Of a stretch of DNA of 64,000 bases, positions 39,361 through 53,031 are shown in pieces. The notes beneath the pieces are model-generated. The model searched no databases, had not been told where the DNA came from, and saw nothing but the letters and a program-made list of their open reading frames with translations. Position numbers and translations under genes: made by a program. The DNA is taken from assembly GCA_000934665.2 (NCBI GenBank), contig KZ538163.1, positions 1-64,000 on the forward strand, in the 5' to 3' direction. Every line of letters begins with the position of its first letter. The stretch's first letter is position 1. The DNA is from Catajapyx aquilonaris (Eukaryota).

Positions 39361-39891
39361 TTCTGCGTCCATTAGTCTCCCAATTTTCATCTTCCGCAAA
39401 AGTCGGAGAGGCCTACTGTCACGCCACGGTTATTGACTCGTGTTCTTCTCGAGCTTGGTGGTGCACGTGTCGCGGGATAAGGACTGATGCTTTGGGAAAC
39501 CGTTTCTGAGGACTGGGGACGAGGGCTGGAAAAGTCAGATTCCTTTGGACGAACTATTTAGGCGAAAATATATGACTCCTTTGGTAAGCGTGATATGACA
39601 TAGAGTGATTCAATAGAGCAATGGAACTTGAGTTCTGATGTTCCCAAAACAATGTTCAACAGGGTGAAAATTGTTGGTATAGAGAATATATGAGGGGCCC
39701 CGCTGACATCAAAATCAGCCAAGTCCACTTTTGAAAGATGTAACCCAAATACATGCAGAAATTGCATATTTTAATGTCATTGGGTAGTAATTGCACATTT
39801 TCGCATGTAGAGGAGCTGCGGCAACATATCATAGACGTAAAAAGGTGAAGATTGTATACCAGGGAACCATCAGTTTTTTCAAGTGGACTTG

Positions 39892-40258
39892 GGGGCCGTC
39901 CATAAATCACGTGATGCTGCTAGGGGAGGGGGGGGGGCCTGAGCATATATCACGTGGCATTTATACATGGCGAAAATGGATGGGCGCCCTTCCTTTTGGA
40001 TATAGTTCCTTAATATGTGAGACATTTTTAATGCGATTTTGATGAATCAGTACATTTTTACCTCCCTACAATGGGCTCTTTAATAGTGTTAGTCTCTTTT
40101 AACATACCGCCGTTGTATGTCTTGCAATATAGCATTGCCAAGTACGAATGCAGTCTCAATAGGAACAAAAAATGTCACGTGACAAAGGGGCCCGGGGACG
40201 GGGGGGAAGGGGGTCGAAAATTGCCCAAAAAGGTGTCACGTGATTTATGGACGGCCCC
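39892..40258. mobile_element. 367-bp MITE with perfect 23-bp TIRs (GG termini; Zator- or PIF/Harbinger-like)
   Basis: GGGGCCGTCCATAAATCACGTGA (39892-39914) and its exact reverse complement (40236-40258). Flanks TTG / TAG are compatible with a 3-bp TSD carrying one change. Confidence 0.88.
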
Positions 40259-43200
40259 TAGCCTGTTTTTGATATCACACCCCTCAAATATTTTTGAGTT
40301 GAAAATAAAAAGTCCGTTACAGATCACGCTAGATATGACCCTGATATAGGGTCATACAGCAGGGAGTGGTATATTACCATGTCTTTTTTCTGGCTAGCTG
40401 CTGTTTGATTTTCATTATGGAAATGCAATTTTAGGTTCCAAATCCTTTCCATTATCTTGTGCTAAAATGCCCTTAGAGTTGAAATCTGAAAGGTTCTACT
40501 AGGAAAAAACCTTAATGAGTTGCCGCCCCATTCGTGTATAAATTATAAAGGGAAGGCCTCAAAGGGATTAACAATTCCATGTAACAATTCTTTTCTACTA
40601 TGCAAACAACTTTGGATTATCCATTCTTGTGTAGCTTAAAAATGTTCGACTGGAAGCAAGAGTTTTGCAAAAATTATCTTTTTTGATATCCCAGCCCGAT
40701 CGGCATGGGCATTATATTCAATGGAATATAAACGCATGTGCCATCAAGTGATTGCATTGATATAACTTGTTAGTCAAAATTATGTTCCTAAAATTTTAGT
40801 GCCGAAGATACTTTTGAAATGCTGTACTGCTATGATGCAGCAGAGACAAAAAATCTCTAGCCAAAAACTCCTGATCCTATGGATCAACAAACCAACCCAA
40901 AATGTCTGCACTTTTTAAGAGTTTATCCGATGCTGTTTGCCTATAAAAATCCCCAGTAGTCTCATGCATGATAAACCAAGACAAACATCTCGGATGTAAA
41001 TCCTTCATAGATAGGAAACAGAGCAGCTTGTTTACCTTTCATAATGGATTTTAAACTCCAGGCGTTCTGCTAAACAATTTTTATTGACATAATACCGGCG
41101 ATATCGACCGCTCACTTGCTACACATTTATGCATCATACTTTAATCCCAATCACAACACGATTATCACGTGGTAAGTTATAGCCACACAAAGGCAGTATT
41201 TTTGTGAAAAAATAAAATGCTCCAGGGACAAGTATAACGCTGAAATGCCATTTAGTTATATACAGTATATTGTTATAATTTTCAAAATTTTAGTTTCATA
41301 AGTCTCAGTGAATTACGTTTATTTCAATTGGTATAAATGTTAGTAAATTATTTATGTGCACGATGATTTTCATTACAACAATCTGTAGAATGTTTCATAC
41401 TTTTATAGTCAACAAATCCGTCGGTCACTACATGCGCGACTGAGAAAGGAAAAAAGAACTATAAAGTCTTGTTTACTGGCAGGCAAGTTAGAGTAGAAAT
41501 GTAATAATATCGCAGCTTGTATTTTATCCTGAGACTTCCAGCCTATCGATTGGCAATACCAGGAGGCGACATTTAGTGGGCACATTCATTATTCTGCAGC
41601 TCCCAAGGAGGGGGCTGAAAAAATATGGTTAGAGCTTCCGGCGAGAGGAAATTGATGCAGAGGCTTGTTTCACTAATGGTAGCCCGTACCTTTGAACTTC
41701 TTATTTACGGGGGGGAACGTATTTTATTTAGGTACTAATGAGAACACTGCCCTAAAACTCGTTCCAAACAATCAAGTCGAATGTACTGAGTGTGACGTTG
41801 TTGCTGATTGGAATTGTATAGGTACACGCGATGTAATATTGCAATAGATCTTTTTACGTACCTATATACAACAAATCAGAAGAATATTCCTGCCATTGCG
41901 CTTGTACTGTATGAAAACGCATTGACGCACACCCCTCGTTTGCAGTGCCAGATAAAAATCGACAACGCAGTATTTATCCAGCTCTGCATGTGCGAGATGT
42001 ACGCAGCATGATAAAGCGCGTGACATGTTGGCAGTACTTTACGAAATAATGTCCATAATGCTATCCAATTTATGCGAAATCTCGCTTACACATAGATTCG
42101 CACCGAGTCCGAATGTCGACCGAGCGTCAAAATTTTTCGGCTTTCCCATGTCGGTTAGACATATCGCATCGGTCCTACAAAAAAACGAGGGCTCGGAATG
42201 GCTAACAAGTAATCCTATAATCCAGTCGCGGCGTGAAATATTTCCCTGGTCGTGACACAATATTTATGCTTTACACCCAAGAACGTGGGGGCTAATTATT
42301 AATGCTCCGGATTCCAGTTTGCCTTGGGTTTTATTATTAATCGTAATTAAATCCTGGGAATGACCAGCAGGGACTCTAACTCACTTTGGTACCGTCAGCC
42401 ACAATATTCAGTTAGCGGTGTTAAGAATATTGCCTGAGCTTGAGTGTAAATATCGGTCTATGTTGGAACAAAAGACGCGGCGCATCGCTGTTACCTCTTT
42501 TCATGGGTTTTTGGTGCGGCTCCACACAAAGTTTTCGCCGCAGGGAAAATTCGGCGTGACGAAGGGAAATTAACACAGTGTAAACTGGGAAATATGTTGT
42601 TCGAGGTGGATGAGCTGCTAATGAGCTTTCATCGCGCCCAATTAATCAGGATGTATCGGGTTGTGTCGGTTGTAGAACCAAACGGTAAAAATAATGGAGG
42701 TTCGAGTTGACGATTATGCAATCTGTAAACAAGATTCGGGTATATATCACTAGTATTTTTTTCTAGCAAATCTGTTGGAACAATGCCTGTGCATAGTAAT
42801 CTGTTCATTTCTACGATTGGTCACTGTCGCTGCCCAGCCACTTTTGCTTATTATGTTGCGGATAATAAGCCGAGTTCTGGTTTTCCAACCATGATGGCTG
42901 GCTGTGTAATGCCGAGTATCCTTTGATGTTCTCACTGGCTTCGCCACAAACTTCTACCCCCACCATTTCCAAATCCCAGCCCCCTGAGCTGGCTGGGGTC
43001 TTTTTGGGGGGGAAGGCTGCAAAACCCTGTGGCGAGGCTCATTTTCAAACCTCCTGAATAATCGGCAAGTTCTGCTCCATAACTCTGATGCAGGAAGCCG
43101 ACAGTTATTTTATGTTTCGAGAGGACCCCCCACCCCCCCCCCCCCNCCCCCCCCAGCCCCCTCCTCCCTTCTCCTCGTTTCGTCTCGCCTCACTGCTCAA

Positions 43201-45029
43201 TCTCGGCTCATTAGAAACTTTTTCAGGATACATTACCGAGTCTAGGGAGATGGCGGGGGAGACTTTGTTGTCAAAATAAGTTGTCGCGAAAAAGTCAGTG
43301 TGGCTCAGCTGTTAACTGGAGGATGCTTTGTGGCGCGACCATTAGCGGCGGATTTGAAGTATTGGCACATTCAAGCCGATTTTTTTGAAGGGAAGTTTTC
43401 TAAGGTACTGTATGATGCGGGAGATGCCTCGAGATATTTATAACGAGCGTGTTTAAATTGGGATTTATCGACATTTGTACAGTCAAAGGTTATTTGATGT
43501 AAGAATGTGGTATAGTTATGCAACTGAACGTGGTCCATATAATGATTTGAAAACTTAAGCTGTAACAAGTAAGAGGCCTTTAACAATACAAGGACACTTT
43601 TGGATGTTTATTCCAACCAACGAGAAGGAACATATAGAGTTTGTAAATTTTTGCACACATCAAACTACGCATTCGTGCAACACAGACTGGCAGCTCTGTA
43701 ATTTCTTTGGAGGAAGAGTTAACGCCAGCAACTCACTTTAGAGACACTAATTTCGTTCCGGCCTGACCGAGAGACATTTCAAGTATGAGGGGTTCCACAC
43801 ACAATTTACACGGCGAAGCACTTTTGGAATTACTCGAAGAGAGGTCGAATTAGAGAGAGTAGTACTAAGGAGCGCACGTGGAACCTCTTTTCTAATCCAT
43901 CTTTTTTTTTTACAACTTCTTCTCAACTGTCTGGTACTTGCAGTCTGGTACTTTTGAGGAGTAAGAAGCTTCATTTCAAAAAAAGAGATCGGGAGTAGGG
44001 AAAATTGTCTCCTAATTTCTCTCTTGGAGCTCGCGGGAGAGAGAAGGGTTGAAAAATCGGCAAGTAGTCCTCTCCTGGGAGTAAAGAAGTTGGGTTGAGT
44101 GAAAGGAAAAGGGAGAAGCAGCAAGAGGAGAAGAAGTTGAAACCCATTAAATTTTCCGGCCGTAATTCCGGAGTAATTGATTGGACATCGCCTTGGCACT
44201 CGGTTGGTTAGAAGGGGTTGGGATTGCCGGGCTCCCGATTAACGATTGACAACTAGGAGGAATTACTCTCCGACGACTCTGTGTCCTCCCCAAGTTTTTG
44301 ACACGGAACCGATTTCCACTATAATCCATCAAAGAGCTGGTCCCATCGGTATTCGGCCTGCGACGTGAAATCTTATCCAATGAACTCGTGCTGGCAAGCT
44401 TTGAGAAACTGCGCCAAAACGAACTTGATTCACTGTGAATAATAAATGACTCTCTGGAGTAGCGCTTGAAATTGATACGGAAGTGGAGGTTTTTTTTTCG
44501 GTTTCAGTTTTTTTTTGCCTCTCACTATTTTCCCTTCCGGGTTTAGATGAGCCTACCCACTCCAGCATGTTTAATTTTCCTGAGCCAAAATCATTCTCTG
44601 AAGAATTTGAGTTGCAGATTGTGTTTGGAGGGTGACGTGTTTACCCTGTCCCGGGTGCTTGTAATGGACGCGGTTTCAGTGAAGAGGTATTTTCCCCTGA
44701 TGCTTGTGGCCCCAAGTGGCGACCCTCTTCATTCAAGACCCTCCCCTTATATCTGAAGGGGTCATTAGGGAGCGTCTTTCCTCTCAATCCCTGCGTCTCA
44801 CTCTAAGGAACCGGTATAAACTACAGTCGTCTAACTCATGCCTTTCCGAGTGGGTCCGTAATGCAGTTACGCAACTGCCTTAATCTTATTTGCAGCCAGA
44901 AACCGTGGCAGCAACAACCTACAGGAGAATGATGCAGAATGAGCGCCACTTGGCCAACAAAATTTCAAACGCTAACTTTAAGCTTTTCCTACCCCTACAG
45001 CTTTTTCCAAGGGGAAAGTACACCAAGTT

Positions 45030-45190
45030 GGTAATTGGAAGAGTGACGCCGGCGGAGTGGATGGAAATGGGTCCGGATTTACGCCGCCCGGAACATGAGG
45101 AGGGATTGCCAGGATTTCTTGCATTCCCCCCCTCTTCCCTGCTGTGTTGTTGCAACAAACCCCTCTCATTCTCGAGAGATTCGCACGAGG
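45030..45190 (+). mobile_element. decayed non-LTR RT fragment (subdomain 1)
   Basis: GRVTPAEWMEMG...AFPPSSLLCCCNKPL; compare GxxPxEW...NFRPISLLxxxxK. Confidence 0.45.
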
Positions 45191-46308
45191 ACTCCAACCT
45201 CCCCATTCAAAGGACTGCCAGAGAGTAATGAGAGGGGCTCAAAAGCTCTCTAAGCCTTCGCAAAAATTTTAGCCGAAATCCACTAATTTGACGGCAATTA
45301 TTGCAACGTTTTATTAATGGTGCAAGTCCGGTACTTTTTGCAGGGTATTGAATTTCGTACAATGCTTTTTTTGGGGGTGTGGCCGCAGGTGTCGGGTTTC
45401 AAACACGGTCAATGTTTTACGGTGTTTTTCTTTCGGAGCAGATGTGCATGCGGGGGATGGGTAGTTCACAATTTTGCATTTGCGCCTTTACAAATTATTT
45501 ATCAGGTGGTAACCGCTTTGCAGATTGCTCGGTGGCTGGGGGGGCGTTAATCCGGACGGTGGTAGGGGGATAGGGGTGGGTAATAGGTCAAGCGGGTCAA
45601 GCAAAATTCACCGATGGACTTGCACCATTTAATTTTTATGATGCTCCTAGCATTATCCAGTTTATCAGAGAACTAGCCTGTTGTAATGGGCGTAACTCGC
45701 AGTAGATGGTGCATCTTATCCTTCAGAAAATTCTGTAGTGACACGACATGACGGAAGCCGCTGTTGGATGATTTATAATTCACCCCATTAGGCGGTCAGC
45801 ACAGTTCGCGAAATTATGTCACAGAGAACTCGGTGCAAAAAATTCGCCAATTTGCTCCTTTTGCGTCATTGATTTATTCCTTTACTGATTCAGCCACTCA
45901 TTCACTATGGAACACTTGATCCAGAGCTTGGGGCACTTTGAAGTTTAATCTCATCACCAATTGACAGAGCAGTTCACATGCCCGGAGACAGTTGTGGTTG
46001 ACCCCAGCGCCACCTGTCTGCCCTCCAAAAATGGAAGTATCGACATTTCTGCCCAATTTTTTTAACCTAGTGCATGCCTTGAATGTACTGGACTCCCTCT
46101 GGAAATATTCAGGCCTCAAAATGTGCTAGGTCATATTCTCCTCCCGGAAAATCATTGGTTACGTAACTCCTCCAACTCTCTCCCCAGAAAGGGGGAATCA
46201 TTTGAGCCGTCTCCCTCTATACCCTCCCCTGTAATCTACAAATCGTTACGAAGTTATTTGGCAGAGGGAATTAAAGTGCAGAGATGAAGTGCTCCGGAAT
46301 CTTAACGA

Positions 46309-46629
46309 CTAAATTAATTCGTAACCCGAGAGGCTTTTGCCCTTAGGTTCTTGAGAAGCAGTGTTGCGTAACCTTTTCTTTGCCAGAGAATGTGGTCCTT
46401 CCACCTTCCATGATTCATGTGTTGATCCGTATAAGGAGGTTGGTCCTCGCCACAAAATCCTCTCGTGTTTCCCGTCTCGGTGTGGGTATGGCGGAGACGT
46501 CGGTACGATCAACACGGGCTCCCCAAGACTTGATTGCATCTCTTCAAACTGCCATTCCGGGACGTAAAATCGGATTTGCCAAGGGGGATGGTTGGTGGTG
46601 GTTTGCAAGAGGAGGGAGTAAGGACACAA
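46309..46629 (-). mobile_element. decayed LTR-retrotransposon (Ty3/gypsy-like) integrase fragment
   Basis: SLGEPVLIVPTSPPYPHRDGKHERI...ESWK...RLRNT...KGKS; compare LGIxHxxTSPYHPxxNGxxER...W...YRNT...TGxSP. Confidence 0.45.
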
Positions 46630-47815
46630 GCCCTTGGTAGTAGACTACTTTGGTTGGAGGGAGGGGGGGAGGGGGTCCACGAACTAACGGATGAATAAAC
46701 AGTTCGTTAGGAAGCTCTGCTGTGTGAGGCATATTTACGAAGCGACCTAAAATGTAAGACTTCCGGATGCAGAAAATAGGATTTTGGCGCTTTCCAAGGC
46801 CGCAAATGAGGGCGCTTTTTTCGCAAAAAGGAGGAAAAAAAGAGTGGAAATTCATGTCCAATTATAGTGGGAGTAAAAAAAGGTGGATTGGCGGTAGGGT
46901 GGGGGGGATTATTTTATTTTTGCTCTGAAAACGACGCAAGTTCGCTCGTTATTTCACTTGTGAATGCAAACGATATCGATTCGTTTTTGTGGAGACCGCA
47001 TTGCACTCTTAAGCATGCTACACTTTGGAGCTAGCAATGAGTGAACGCTTCAGTTGGCCTGGGCTCTAAAAGTGCAATGGTTCGTCGTTAGTGGAGTCCC
47101 TGGATCGACTGCATACAACACAGTATCAATAGCAGTTATACGCGGTATCAATTGCAAATAGGGGGATTTTTTCCCTAACGATTTGGTCGTATTGGCCATC
47201 ACAAATCCAGGACAAATATAGTAAATCTGTGATATCGATTTATAATAATTGTAAGCTCATACGCGGCATTAATGCACCGTAATTACGAATGCATCACCAT
47301 CATTATCATTATGATCATCACATTTCCCTATGAAAGGGCTAGTCACCTATGAAGCAAGTTCACAACCAGTACTTGCGTAAATAATAAATTTTACGCCACT
47401 AATTTTCAAAGGATCTGATGCATCTGCATATGTAATCAGCCATGGAAACAATTTTTTATTAAATTTTTTCGCGTAATAATATTTTGGCTTTGAACGTACA
47501 GTGTACCTTCAGATTTGTAGGAATGTGACTTTGACAATATTATCACAACATAAAGAGTGACTGTTACAGGACAAACAACGTCGTACTAGTTCCACTTACT
47601 TCCTGACACAATGATGTCTTCCAGGCAGTAAATGATCGCCAGCTATATCGTCTCGAACTGGCGCAACTCTCTGCAGTTATGTAATAATGTCTCTCCCCAG
47701 TATAATCTTGGGGATTGGAGCCCCAAGAATTGTTCTTGTCAACAACAAAAAATACGGTTAGCTCGCAACATCTCTTTCAGAGCCCCTCAACATGCCAGTG
47801 CGATGGACGCCAACT

Positions 47816-48085
47816 TTACGATGGGTATAAAAATTCCGATTCAAACGGGCGAGTAAGATGGATGGTACGAAAAAGGGGGACGAAGCGAAAAAAAGTAGAG
47901 TTAGTTTTTGGAGAGGTTTGGGGGCCGAAGGAGGAATTAACTCTGTGGCAGCATGGTGATGCAGCTGTTGCGCTCCTGTTGTGAGGCTGCGATGCGAACG
48001 CATCTGCGGGCAGTAACCTTCCAAAGTATCGAACGGTTAGGTTTTGAAAGCCCTGGATGCGGGACCCTACCCCCCAACACACCAA
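47816..48085 (-). mobile_element. decayed non-LTR RT fragment (subdomains 5-6)
   Basis: RLLPADAFASQ...SSFGPQTSPKTNSTF; compare LLFADDxAL...FGLxxxxxKT. Confidence 0.4.
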
Positions 48086-49879
48086 CTCGGCAGCAGCCAG
48101 CTAAAACTATAGCACCACTAGTAGAGAGAAGCATCTGCTTGCATTGCTTCTCGTTGTAAATTCTTCCGGGCGCCCAGATAATTCAGCCTGGACAACCGGA
48201 ACGATTGTTTCCTAATGCTCAGGGTTACCCGCAAAAAGAATGTTCGAGCACAATTTGGGAGCCGATGCTTCCGCCTTTCGAATTTTCGTCTCGGAGTGAA
48301 ATTCAGGGGGAGTTGTTGGAAAACAACGGGAAAATCCCAGGCCTTAATGCGAAATCGCACATTTCCATTTTGTCCCTTTTTTAGGGGCGAGCACAATTTC
48401 CATTTCCGTTCCTTTTCTGACAAATTCCTGGGAAAACAATCGCTGGGGCTGATCACAGGCAATTTCGAGATGTGAACGTGCATATAGTCTGCTCCAGGCA
48501 ATGGGGAGAAAACCTGAAAGTGGCATGTAATAATGGAGAGAAAATACCACAATGAATTAATCAGTTAATTTGGGGGAATAACAAAGCAGCAAACTCACAA
48601 TTGGGCTTAGATGAAGTATTAACTTGTATGTATAGTTTGCTTGGTTTTGGCCTAAATCTTTGGTCTGACGTCACCGACGATGTCGATGGTGGTCGTTTGG
48701 AAGTCTGCCCTTGGATAAGCACCGTCGGCAATGGCTTAACGGCGGCCAAAGGACAAGTGTCGCGTGATAGGAGAACCTAGCTCCGTATCGTGCACACTTG
48801 AACGAAAGTACTTGCATCTCCTGAAAAATTGAGTTATGACATGCAGTTGCAAACAGATTCTATCGATAAAAATGTCTCCTGCAAGTATGATGACACCGTG
48901 CAAAAAAATGAGGCGAATGACCTGTTTTACGGCCATTTGAAATTTCGAATCTACTTTATAAATAAGAAAATAGGGCGAATTATATATATCATCAAGAGGT
49001 CAGAGACCTATATGTATCATCTAATTCGCTCCGGTAAATTAACTTCGTAGCCCTTTGAAAGTGGGACTAAAGAAAACACTATCGAGAAAATCCACCTATA
49101 AGGACCCTCTTTTATAGTGCTTCACTATATATGCTCCTCTCACCTCAACTAATGCTGGGGGCCAGCGTCAAATCAGCGGATTTTAATCAACGGTAAAGCC
49201 CGTGAGGTGCAAAGATACAAGTCGTTGGCTTCTTGTCCAATGGAAAAAGTAGAAAATGGACGACAGAGGAGGGCAAAATGGAGTGCGCGCGCATCTGGTT
49301 GGTGCCCAACCCTAGCAGGCCTCCCCAGGACAAAAGGGGTTATGGTTTTGGACTGGCACCAAATGGCTCCCAGTCATGGTGAACAATGAACAGGCCTTGG
49401 CAGATAGCAGGGGTGGCTGGCGGAGAGTGTGTAATAAAGGCTTTCCACACCGGCGCCATTTCCTTAATCGGCTTCTGCAACTCTCTGATACATCATTATA
49501 ATCCGCCCAGCACGCCGTAACTCCTTGCATAATGTCCGTTGGGAAAATATGTTTCCAGTTGGTAGCTGCTTCGCCATTTTTTGTACAGAAAAAACCTCCA
49601 GCTCTCTCCCTGGCCTCAGTTTCCATAATGAATGTTGACAAGCGCAGTAAGGGAATTTTGCTAACTGGAGCAACTTTTCGGGTGCAATAGAGTCGCACAA
49701 TCGGGGAAAGGTGACAGAAACAATGTCGGACAACTGTAACTAACTTAACACCCGGAGCTCCCTGCGGTTTGTATCGTTTAGTGTTTGGTTTTTTTTTTCT
49801 TCTTCTTGGCTTCTACTTTCGGATTTCGGAAAGAAAAGAAAGAGGCGTGCATGGGTAATGGCGCGGGATGGAAATCCGG

Positions 49880-50027
49880 AAGATCCGGGTCTCACATTCG
49901 TGTGATTTCTCCAGAGAATGACAGCTCTTCTCCAAGAGTTGAGCCGTCGCGGAAGGTTGCTCCTCAAAGCCAGAATGACTCTCCAGTTCTGAGATGGGAT
50001 TTTATGCCGGATGACAAGCTGAAATGA
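49880..50027 (+). mobile_element. possible decayed RT fragment (subdomain 4)
   Basis: HIRVIS...VAPQSQNDSPVLRWDFMPD; compare GxPQGSxxSPxLxxxxxxD. Confidence 0.3.
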
Positions 50028-50589
50028 CCCCGAGAGAAAGTTGAGTGTTATGGTTTGCGATCTTTTCGCCACCGTAATTTACAGCCGCTTTCTTGCAAGG
50101 AAGGCTGTTAATAGGCATAATTACGCTTCTTACACCTGTGGTTCCGCCCCTGAAAATCTTGAACCCGCCCAATTGACGTGTCCTACATCTTGTAAAGTTA
50201 TAGGCCATCAACCCGGAGCAAATGCCGGGGCGTTTACATACGGAGGGACTTGGTAACTCTGAGTATCGGAGACAGCACTTGAGATAACCGCCTCCGAAAT
50301 GAGATGCCTGAACTTTTGACCTCGATAGCAGTCGGTAGGTTTTGATGCGAAAAGGCAAGTTGCGACGAGCTGACTTCCCGTCGCTTGCACGTTGCCAGAT
50401 GATACGCGTTGCCAGATGCGGCCCTCTCCCAAACACTTCAAATTAAAAATACGATATTACTGTCGCAGAGGCCCCAACTGAAAGTTTGGGCTCAACCAAA
50501 ATTAGAGCAAGGAAGAGAACAAATTTCTTAAAGCGACGTGTCTGATATAGTTTGTCTTACATTGTATATTCTTCCTTGCAGGTAACAAA

Positions 50590-50747
50590 AAAAACTCATC
50601 TTCTTCCGGGTCGTACATCATTTCGAGACACGCGGTACAGTACATGAGCTTGATCCTCACTTTTTCACATGGAACACACAATTTTTCTTGGCAAAGTCGA
50701 CACCTAAACCTAGGGGGGTTGGTGTACCGTATAAAATGTGTCGACAC
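50590..50747 (-). mobile_element. possible isolated piggyBac-like cysteine-rich domain remnant
   Basis: HFIRYTNPPRFRCRLC...KLMYCTACLEM; the H...RCxxC...CxxC spacing resembles the CRD at 1-326. No TIR found. Confidence 0.3.
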
Positions 50748-51619
50748 AAATCGTGGGAGGAAATGCGTTTTATCACCACGATAACTTAGTCCCAGGGAGT
50801 AAATCGTGTGGCAAAGTGTGGGAAGAAATGCTTGCAGGGGGGTGGAATTGCTGGAAGGAAAGGAAGTAAGTCATACAGTGATATAAGGACAAAAATGAGG
50901 AGCTGCACGAGGAAGTACTTTTGAACCATATTATACACAAGTCACTAGTGGTTGGGAGCTGATAAAACTGATGAAATTTATAATATTTGAGTAGGTCATT
51001 TTCAAAACCAGGCTATTTGCTTCAGTGCAAATCGTTCAAAAAATAGAAATTTCAGATTTACTGAGTCTTTTCACAGCCCAGCCCAATGGGAGATTAACCA
51101 ATAATTGTAAAAATATTCCATATATTGAAAATAATATTTTAGCGTTGAATTGATGTCTGTCACCAGAAAATTAACACACTTCTGACACCATGAGACATCC
51201 TGGTTTTGATAATAACCTACTCAATTTTACAATATATCTCAATAGCTGATAATTTTACCTGAATTTGCGGTCACTCAGGGTCAATCAGCGTTTTTTTTTG
51301 TGCTTAATTTTTCGCGGACAAATCCGTATTTTTCTTAGCGACATCCTCATTTTTATTTCACTAGAACGAGAGACCCAAAAAATTCAATCCACTTTTAGTG
51401 AGTCGGAAAGTTTTTTAATCGCTGCCAAATTACTAATTGGCCTCCTTCCAGTGCCATTCGAAGCGTGGCTACCAGATAGTCCCTTTTACACTAAATTGTG
51501 TAACCCTCCCCCCCCCCCCCCCCCNGCCCATCCATAGCCCCGCATTCAAACACAAGTGTGCACCAACTCGAATTGGGAAGCATTGTCGCAGTGCTGAATA
51601 AAGAGAGGAGGGGGGTTGA

Positions 51620-51800
51620 TAGTAGGGGGGGAGACGAGCACCACTTGGTGAACTGGAGGACACGTGGAAACAGACAGAGATTACCAGGCCAAATACTAGA
51701 ACCCAAACAAAAGGAGAGTAAAGCAAGACTGGATGATCCGGGCTTCAACCACCCCTCCCTTCTATCCTGGACCACATTCATGGCTTCCAACCAGTCCAAG
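51620..51800 (+). mobile_element. decayed non-LTR RT fragment (subdomain 1)
   Basis: GELEDTWKQTEIT, then (frameshift) KARLDDPGFNHPSLLS; compare GxxPxxWKxAxI and DPxNYRPISLLS. Confidence 0.5.
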
Positions 51801-52520
51801 GCGATCGATGCTCCGGAGTCTGCTCCCCTGGAACCCGGAGAGAGATGGTGGGGATGGTAGGAAGGGAGGGGGGGGACCTGGCTATGGCGCCTCCTAGGTC
51901 ACGCCCACGGTTTTCCGCCTCTTGACTTCCATGGTTAATTATGGCTTATTTTTTTCCTCTCTCCTACTGCGTGTGCCTACAGTGTACGGAGTTTCTCTCC
52001 AGGCGTGGCTAATTTAGTTAATTGTCCACCTTTTTAGGCGACTGCTACCAGGAATTTCTGGTGGGCCGCGGATTTACATGCATGCGAGGAAGTGGGGATC
52101 CTATTGCAGGAGTGGGACTAAAATGTCAGGATGTGACCGGGGTTAGATTAAATTTTGGGTAAGATTATTCGTCTGAGTAAGACCATCGGTTCAGATTATG
52201 CCCGATTCTACTGTATGTAAAATATTCGTGAACAAGAAAGTATAGTGTTTCTGAATCAGCATGAAATAAAATCAGCCAGTTGTTTAAAAGTAAAATACAT
52301 AAGTCACTGCATTGTAGGAATTTGTCAATTTTCACCCAAAATTTATTGGATGACGAGAAATTAAAAATTCAATTCAAAATATAAAACATCCCCACTGGCA
52401 AAAAGGACATTACATTAGTTTAAAAACATAGGATGGGAGGAAAAATCCACAATTTTTGTCATTTGCACTTAACTTACATTAATTACGTACAATTATATGC
52501 TGCTTATATCTTAGCAATTA

Positions 52521-52683
52521 CCCGCCTTATTTGACGTCATATAAGAGGCACCCCCATTTCAGCAGATCATACGATATATTCAGGAAAATGTTTTTATTGA
52601 ATTTTCGAATATAAGACACAGGGTGATATGTGGAGCCATTTGGGGGGGGGGGGGGAGTGCGTCTTATATGCCGTAAAATCCGG
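52521..52683. mobile_element. small Tc1/mariner (Tc2/pogo-like) MITE remnant
   Basis: Right end GTGCGTCTTATATGCCGTAAAATCCGG|TA; degenerate left end TA|CCCG...CATATAAGAGGCAC; internal ATAAGACAC copy; TA flanks. Confidence 0.6.
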
Positions 52684-52833
52684 TACTTAAGAACAGTTGT
52701 CAAAATATTCTCTGCCAATATTACAGTATGTCTTCAGGCCCAGAATTTCATTGAATTTCCCATTTCCTTTGCCCCTGTACTAACTTGTAATTCTGAGTAA
52801 TTAATCTATGTCAAAATTGGTGTAAGGCACTGC

Positions 52834-53031
52834 GTGGAAAAAAGGTACATCGGTATGTTCCAGCCTTCCCAACCCGGATCTATCCAGGGCGTGCCTGCGG
52901 AACCATTTTTTCCCCCTCATCCAGGTTCTGGCCTGGAAAAGAGACTAGAAGGTCCCTGGAAGGATGCCAGCCAGTTGCGACCACGTTATTTGCTTGTTTG
53001 CGGCTGGGGAAAGCGGGTTTCCGATTCCTAA
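52834..53031 (+). mobile_element. decayed non-LTR RT fragment (subdomains 2-3)
   Basis: FQPSQPGSIQGV...LLVCGWGKRVSDS; compare QxGFxxG...DxxKAxDS. Confidence 0.35.
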
